A stretch of 32,000 nucleotides of DNA from Candidatus Arthromitus sp. SFB-rat-Yit (lineage in GTDB: Bacteria > Bacillota > Clostridia > Clostridiales > Clostridiaceae), in NCBI RefSeq assembly GCF_000283555.1, contig NC_016012.1:720001-752000 (forward strand), written 5' to 3'. The notes under the pieces were generated by a model, which had not been told where the DNA came from, searched no databases, and was given only the letters and a program-made list of their open reading frames with translations. Both the position numbers and the translations under genes were made by a program. Below, piece by piece: positions 26,714 through 32,000 of the stretch; the first letter of the stretch is position 1, and each line of letters opens with the position of its first letter.

Positions 26714-27664
26714 TTAAGTTTGAATTTTAAATTTATTTTTTGGCATTACTTTAAATAAGTAAATGATGTAATGAGCTACCGTGTAAAATACCAATACTGA
26801 TGCAATAATTATTTCTATGTTAACAATTATTGGTAACCATGAAGGAATCATCATAGCCGCACTAAAATTAGCCACAATTTGTTTCAATGCAGTTGCCGTA
26901 ATTACAAATGGAAATGTAAATGCAGCAAAACTAGGATAAAATTGTAATTTTAAAAATTTTGGAAGTTGAGTTAAAACAATAAAATATATAGTTTGAGCTA
27001 TGCACCCACCAATAAATAGTAAAGTGAGTGATTTGTTTTCGAAAACAGCACAATATCCTGCAATTGTTAAGCTCATGGGTGCTGTATAAAGACATAATAG
27101 AGGTTTTAACGGCACATCCACCTCATGTTTAAAATATCTAAATGTAACTAGCACAAATAAAACAATAAAAGCAGCAAGCCCTAAAACAACTATAATTTTA
27201 CCAACAGCTTGTAATTTAAATTGGACGCATGTAACTGCAGCAACTATAGGTCCAACATATGCAACGAAATAAGTTGGGAAAATATCTTTAAGTGAAAAAT
27301 TGGAAAATCTTCGTATACTGAAATAAATAATAAGAGAAATATGACCAATAAAGGCAAATATCCAAATCATAAATGCAAGCAATATTAAACGTTCGGGTAT
27401 ATAGGTTGTTAATACCATAATAGCCATAAAAAACGCAGCAAAAACACTTGAAACCACAGGACTCCTAAATTCTTCTATAAATTCTTGAGCACAAAAAATA
27501 AATTTAGATGCTACCATCAATATAAATATAAGTGCCAAAATACCGCAAAGTGCATATACAAACATAGAATATGGCTTTAACAAATTTCCTAATGATGCCA
27601 ATCCTAATCCCACACCAGCTATAGGCAAAGGTATCTTTGATAAAAATTCTTTCATGTTATTCAT
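26714..27664 (-). CDS. TDT-family (TehA/Mae1-like) anion transporter
   Basis: About 10 TM segments, 316 aa. The N-terminus KIPLPIAGVGLGLASLGNLL resembles Firmicute TehA/C4-dicarboxylate-malate transporter homologues as I recall them. No HMM check was possible. Confidence 0.55.
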   Translation of the reverse strand: MNNMKEFLSKIPLPIAGVGLGLASLGNLLKPYSMFVYALCGILALIFILMVASKFIFCAQEFIEEFRSPVVSSVFAAFFMAIMVLTTYIPERLILLAFMIWIFAFIGHISLIIYFSIRRFSNFSLKDIFPTYFVAYVGPIVAAVTCVQFKLQAVGKIIVVLGLAAFIVLFVLVTFRYFKHEVDVPLKPLLCLYTAPMSLTIAGYCAVFENKSLTLLFIGGCIAQTIYFIVLTQLPKFLKLQFYPSFAAFTFPFVITATALKQIVANFSAAMMIPSWLPIIVNIEIIIASVLVFYTVAHYIIYLFKVMPKNKFKIQT

Positions 27665-27746
27665 TCCCTCTTAAATTTATTTATTACACTATTTAGTTTA
27701 ATAAAATTTAACGAATAATTACAAGTTTGATTTTTAGATATAAAAA

Positions 27747-27770
27747 GCAACTAATTGTGATTCTAGCTGC
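27747..27770 (-). terminator. Terminator overlapping the stop codon of the kinase-like gene
   Basis: The minus strand reads GCAGCTA-gaatcacaat-TAGTTGC followed by TTTTT. Confidence 0.45.
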
Positions 27771-28719
27771 TTAATTCGTATTCTGCATACTTTTTTAATT
27801 TATTTATCAATTTTTCATTGTCAAATTCCTTATTTCTCAAATAAAATTTAACACCAAATTTTATAAATTTGTATGGAAACTTCATAGATAAATCAAATAA
27901 ACGTTTTTCTATATCGTTGAATTTATAACGATGATTATAAAATTCAAATATTTCATTTAACAATCTCATATCAAATTTATTTTTATAAAACACTCTACGA
28001 GCAAACCTCGCTAGATCGTAAACAAAATTATTAATGCATATTCCACCGAAATCTATGAGATAAATTTTTTTGTTTTTTAATATGAGATTTTGGTAATACA
28101 AACTATTATGACATATTGATTTATTATTGGTTAAAAAATCCTTTATATCGCTTTTGGATAAATCTGATATAATGCTATGTAATATTTTTAACGCTGTATT
28201 TATATTTTCATAATAAAACATATCTATAGAATTCCACGATTTTTTATTTAAAATGATATTTCTTATATTATAAAGATCTATAAGATTTTTATCGAAAACT
28301 ATTTCCCAATTTGAATTATCTTCTATACTCAAATCTGAATAGTCTATACCAGCAAGAGATTTATGAAATAAATAAATAGAATGTATAGATCTCTTGATAT
28401 TTTTAATTTTCCTAAGATCAACTTCAATTCCATCAACCCATGAAAAACAAGAATAATATTTATTACCCAATTTAAAATAAAATTGATTATTATTATTGTG
28501 AAAAATTTTCTGACAAAACTTAAAATTATTTTTATGAAGATAATGAAGAACTTTTTGTATGTTCAATATTTTTTTATCTGACCTAAACTCTTTCAATAAA
28601 ATATTATGACCTTTCGTTGATATCTTATAAACACTCCGAATTTTTTTGATTTTATAATTTTTTATACCATAACTTTCCAGAGTTCTATCTAAATTTTCAT
28701 TGACTTCTACCATATTCAA
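27763..28719 (-). CDS. CotS/aminoglycoside-phosphotransferase-fold kinase-like protein
   Basis: C-lobe pattern ICHNSLYYQNLIL(x6)IYLIDFGG...YDLARF corresponds to the H-x-D-x4-N / IDFD signature of the CotS/APH/choline-kinase families, but with HNS in place of HGD. Confidence 0.7.
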   Translation of the reverse strand: MNMVEVNENLDRTLESYGIKNYKIKKIRSVYKISTKGHNILLKEFRSDKKILNIQKVLHYLHKNNFKFCQKIFHNNNNQFYFKLGNKYYSCFSWVDGIEVDLRKIKNIKRSIHSIYLFHKSLAGIDYSDLSIEDNSNWEIVFDKNLIDLYNIRNIILNKKSWNSIDMFYYENINTALKILHSIISDLSKSDIKDFLTNNKSICHNSLYYQNLILKNKKIYLIDFGGICINNFVYDLARFARRVFYKNKFDMRLLNEIFEFYNHRYKFNDIEKRLFDLSMKFPYKFIKFGVKFYLRNKEFDNEKLINKLKKYAEYELSS

Positions 28720-28964
28720 ATTCCTTTAAATAATTATAATACAACATATTAATATACAATAACATCAATATTGTTACTATATTCATCATTTTACCTCTTT
28801 TTAAAATAGTTTTTGGCTAATAACTTTATTAATCCAGTAATTCAAGATATAATAATACTTAATATAAAAATTGTTCAGTAAAATACAGGAAACACATTCT
28901 ATAACAAATAACATAAGTTTTGTAATTTTACTATATTTTAGGATTCAGAAAGGACAAAATGTGA

Positions 28965-30192
28965 ATGAATAAATCTATGATAAACAATATTTCTTCATTG
29001 CTTGAAGATGTTCGTAAGGATATTGCCTATCTTCAGGAACGAGAAGATAATGAAGTCCGCCAAGCAGTAACTGATAGAAGACAAGTTATTACACAGTACA
29101 TAGAAAGTATGTTGGGTGAGTCACTTAATAATCATATTAGTGCTAATAAGCTTGATGATGCTGAATGGCTTGGTGTAATATACCACATTGTCGACTATTT
29201 GGCTGAACCATTCGAGCCTACCAATGCAATTGATCGTGAATTTTGGAGCTTTCTTAAATATATTTGGCAAAACACTGAGGAGACACTCGTTAAAAAGATG
29301 AAAGAAGTATTGAACACTTGGGAAAAAACGCCGAATGGCAAGGCGTTATACTGTGGTTTTGTGGAGTATTTTGAAAAATATCCACTTTGGGGAACATTTT
29401 CCCCTGAACAAGGTGATTTTGATACGTTTGAGCGACGTGCAGCAGTACTCAAACGCCACAGTTATGACTTTTTGTGGCTATTCCGACGTTTAAATGATTA
29501 TCTTTCCAAATCCACATTAATGGCAATTTTATTCAATTGGGCTGTTCTAGATATTGTGTACCCACAAAAGGTAAAGTCGATTTTTAAGGATTATTGGGAG
29601 CCAGATATATTCTCAAATAATGTCGATGATGTACTTGTAGATGTTGGGGCATATGTTGGCGATTCTATTGCAGAGTATTTAAATATGTATGGAACCAAAT
29701 ACAAGCGAATTTATGCTTATGATATTTCACCTGATATTTGCGATACCATGAGGGCAAATATAGAAAAATGGAATCTTCATGATGTAATTATCTGTAACAA
29801 AGGGACAGGTTCACATACAAGTGAAATGTTTTTGAATCGCTCAATCAATGACGCCTCTGCAAACCAATTAACATCAGACGAAAACAGTGGACAACGCATC
29901 AAGGTAGTTGCATTAGATAAAGATCTTCCTGAACCGGTTACCTTTTTGAAAATGGACATCGAAGGTGCTGAATACGACACCCTATTAGGATGTAAAAATA
30001 TTATTTCTAGACAGTCACCCCCCCCCCCCGCCAAAACTTGCAATTTGTGTTTATCACGGGTATGATGACCTCTGGCGTATTCCATCATTGATCGATAACA
30101 TGAATCCGAACTATGAAATGTATTTGAGACACTACGGTGGTAATTTGATTCCAACAGAATTTGTGTTACTTTGTCGTCCACGAAAAAACTGA
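28965..30192 (+). pseudogene. FkbM-family SAM-dependent methyltransferase interrupted by a frameshift at a poly-C tract (candidate phase-variable gene, currently OFF)
   Basis: Frame 1 (28965-30065) carries the SAM motif VDVGAYVGDS and FLKMDIEGAEYDTLLG, then runs through C12 into AKTCNLCLSRV*. The frame starting at 30031 reads PKLAICVYHGYDDLWRIPSLIDNMNPNYEMYLRHYGGNLIPTEFVLLCRPRKN* (stop 30190-30192), which is the conserved FkbM C-terminus. Confidence 0.85.
30018..30029 (+). repeat. Homopolymeric C12 tract inside the FkbM methyltransferase gene
   Basis: Counted directly: cac followed by 12 C, then gcc. C11 or C14 would restore the reading frame. Confidence 0.95.
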
Positions 30193-30233
30193 TTCCTAAA
30201 AATATCTAAAACTTTTAATATTTTTATAATTTT

Positions 30234-30275
30234 ATCGATCTGCAATACTAATATTATTAAACCTTGCAGATCGAT
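30234..30275. terminator. Hairpin between the convergent methyltransferase and 120-aa ORF
   Basis: Perfect 12-bp stem ATCGATCTGCAA / TTGCAGATCGAT with an 18-nt loop. T-rich on the + side. Confidence 0.6.
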
Positions 30276-30286
30276 TATTTGTTGTA

Positions 30287-30649
30287 TTATAAATTAATGT
30301 TTAAATGATTAAGTCCCACGATTATATCGGATATTTTCATATATTTAAAATTAAAATTTTCGTCTACTTTTTTAAATTGATCTATTTCGTAGAAATAATT
30401 TTTAAATTCATTTTTGCCAAAAATATATCGACACCTACTGAAATCATACGAAATTTCATTTATGTAATTATCCAAAATATTTTTCTTTAGTTGATCCTGT
30501 GAAAATTTTATATATGTAAGATTATCATGATTCATATCTATATCAAAAGATTTATTGATTTTTATTTCTTCCAAGTCATTAATAATACTATAATTAAATT
30601 TCATACTACCATTATTTAAATAACTATCATTTATTAAACAATAAAACAT
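30287..30649 (-). CDS. Hypothetical protein (120 aa, no recognisable domain)
   Basis: Only ORF evidence. Very AT-rich with a weak RBS. Coding status is uncertain. Confidence 0.4.
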   Translation of the reverse strand: MFYCLINDSYLNNGSMKFNYSIINDLEEIKINKSFDIDMNHDNLTYIKFSQDQLKKNILDNYINEISYDFSRCRYIFGKNEFKNYFYEIDQFKKVDENFNFKYMKISDIIVGLNHLNINL

Positions 30650-30805
30650 AAAACTGTACCTGACTTTCTAAAAATAAATAATGCTAATATTATATTCATA
30701 TTTTTTTTATTTATTATTGTAAATTTTAACACGCTTGTTATTTAATTTAAGAAAAATTTATGGGGAAGATAGTAAATAAAAGAAACTAATCCATCTATCT
30801 TATAT

Positions 30806-30836
30806 AAAAAGGCATAGTCGTAATAACGACTATGCC
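30806..30836 (-). terminator. Rho-independent terminator of the surface-protein gene
   Basis: GGCATAGTCG-taataa-CGACTATGCC, a perfect 10-bp stem followed by TTTTT on the minus strand. Confidence 0.7.
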
Positions 30837-30850
30837 GATATTTTATAAAT

Positions 30851-32000
30851 TTATTTTTCAATTCCACCTACTTCGATTTCATAAATTCTAACAGCAGAGT
30901 CTGAACCTTGCGTTGGTTTTGTAGCTGTTACTCTTACATATCTTGCAAAAATTGCTTTAAATGTATCTACTGTATTAGAATTAGAATTTTTCTTAACATT
31001 AACAACTTCAGTAAAATTAGTTCCATCTTCACTAACTTCTATAGTGTAATCTGATGTATTCATGGAATCACTTTCTCCACCAGCCTCAGCATGAGCCATT
31101 TTAACTTCACTAACAAGAGCTACATTGCCAAGATCAACTGTTATACTGTGAGGAGGTGTTCCAGTAGCACACCATTTTGTATCTAGCTTTCCATCAAAAG
31201 CAAAGTTTGGAGCTTCATTTGCATTAACAAAGCTTGATGCTTCTGCATTCTTTGAATTAGATAAATTTTTGAAGTTATCTGCATCTTTTGTTACAGTTAT
31301 ATACTCTTCTAGTACTTTTACATTTTCTCCAGAAGAATTTTTAGCTTTTAATGAAACTTTGTACGTTCCCTCATTTTCATATTTTACTTTTGGTGAAAGA
31401 TCAGTGCTAGTTTGGATATTTGCTCCTTCAAATATCCATTCTAAATTTTCAGTAACTTTTGAACTTAAACTTGTAAATGTTATTTCTTCACCTGGTGAAA
31501 CGAGTGTTTTTGAAGCTGTAAAATCTGCCTTAGGTATACTATTATTTGGCCACTCTATTTTAGTTCTAATACCTTTTCCTCTAGACAAATCATTGTTTAC
31601 AGCTACAACTTCTAAAGTTGTGGTGTTTGAATTATTATCTCTTGGTAATGCATTTATAAAGTAATTTTCATTAATTGAGGCACCTAAAAATGTTAAAGAC
31701 TCATCCTCATTTACTTTATAAATTTCATACTGCTTAACATCTTTTTTATTTGATGCATTAAATGAAAGTCTAACTCCTGCATATAGATCTTCTTCTTCAA
31801 ATACAACATCATCAACATTTACTGATGTAATATCTAAAACGTTTACTTTTTTAGAATCTGTTATGCTTATATTTCCAAAATTAATGTTTATATTATTACT
31901 ATCTTTATCGCTTAAAATTTTATAAGATATCGAACGTATAGTTTTTCCAGAAAATTTTGATACATCGAAACCAACTTTTACCCACTCACTGGAAACATTT
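30851..32000 (-). CDS. Large secreted/surface protein, C-terminal part: PKD domain + F5/8 type C (discoidin/CBM32-like) domain (5' end lies outside the window)
   Basis: The reading frame stays open from 31588 to the window edge (checked codon by codon), so the TTG at 31588 is internal. PKD-like: ADFTAS...GEEITFTSLS...WIFEG...PKVKYENEGTYKVSLKAKN. Discoidin-like: AFDGKLDTKWCA...ITVDLG...YTIEVSEDGTNFTEV...ARYVRV...RIYEIEV. Confidence 0.8.
   Translation of the reverse strand, partial: NVSSEWVKVGFDVSKFSGKTIRSISYKILSDKDSNNININFGNISITDSKKVNVLDITSVNVDDVVFEEEDLYAGVRLSFNASNKKDVKQYEIYKVNEDESLTFLGASINENYFINALPRDNNSNTTTLEVVAVNNDLSRGKGIRTKIEWPNNSIPKADFTASKTLVSPGEEITFTSLSSKVTENLEWIFEGANIQTSTDLSPKVKYENEGTYKVSLKAKNSSGENVKVLEEYITVTKDADNFKNLSNSKNAEASSFVNANEAPNFAFDGKLDTKWCATGTPPHSITVDLGNVALVSEVKMAHAEAGGESDSMNTSDYTIEVSEDGTNFTEVVNVKKNSNSNTVDTFKAIFARYVRVTATKPTQGSDSAVRIYEIEVGGIEK

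Noticed and set aside
1-32000. Search by eye for CRISPR arrays, tRNA/rRNA genes, IS elements, transposases and prophage genes
   Set aside because: I saw no regularly spaced repeats, no GC-rich structured-RNA islands and no transposase or phage-like ORFs. The only recombinase is the Xer-type gene.

Overview
This is a low-GC Firmicute (Clostridia/Tissierellia-like) chromosomal window. That assignment is inferred from gene content (RNase Y, SpoVS, HPr, PyrR, YtrA-type regulator) and AT-rich codon usage. The left half is a conserved housekeeping block. On the + strand it carries ftsK (5' truncated by the window edge), rimO, pgsA, recA, rny, spoVS, ptsH and a stand-alone Xer-type tyrosine recombinase. 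A minus-strand operon follows: miaB, mutS, mutL, miaA and a ynbB-like PLP enzyme. The right half alternates ordinary metabolic genes with accessory genes. The metabolic genes are a class I aminotransferase, a pyrR-pyrP mini-operon with attenuator-like leaders, a PHP phosphatase and a TDT transporter. I found no tRNA, rRNA, CRISPR array, transposase or phage genes. Five observations stand out. (1) An FkbM-family methyltransferase is split by a 12-nt poly-C tract. Its conserved C-terminus continues intact in another frame, so this is a candidate ON/OFF phase-variable gene. (2) An orphan type I hsdS sits at the head of the miaB-mutSL operon. Its central conserved region has three perfect 12-bp repeats (ELTA/TAEL), the same device that changes target spacer length in EcoR124I/II. 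(3) A secreted PI-PLC-fold protein has all canonical catalytic residues substituted. (4) Next to it are two tandem paralogous genes for small, secreted, cationic Gly-rich proteins of unknown family, plus a relic of a third. (5) Two 44-bp near-identical direct repeats carry an extended -10 box and bracket a YtrA-GntR/ABC cassette. All functional calls come from reading the translations by eye; no searches were run.
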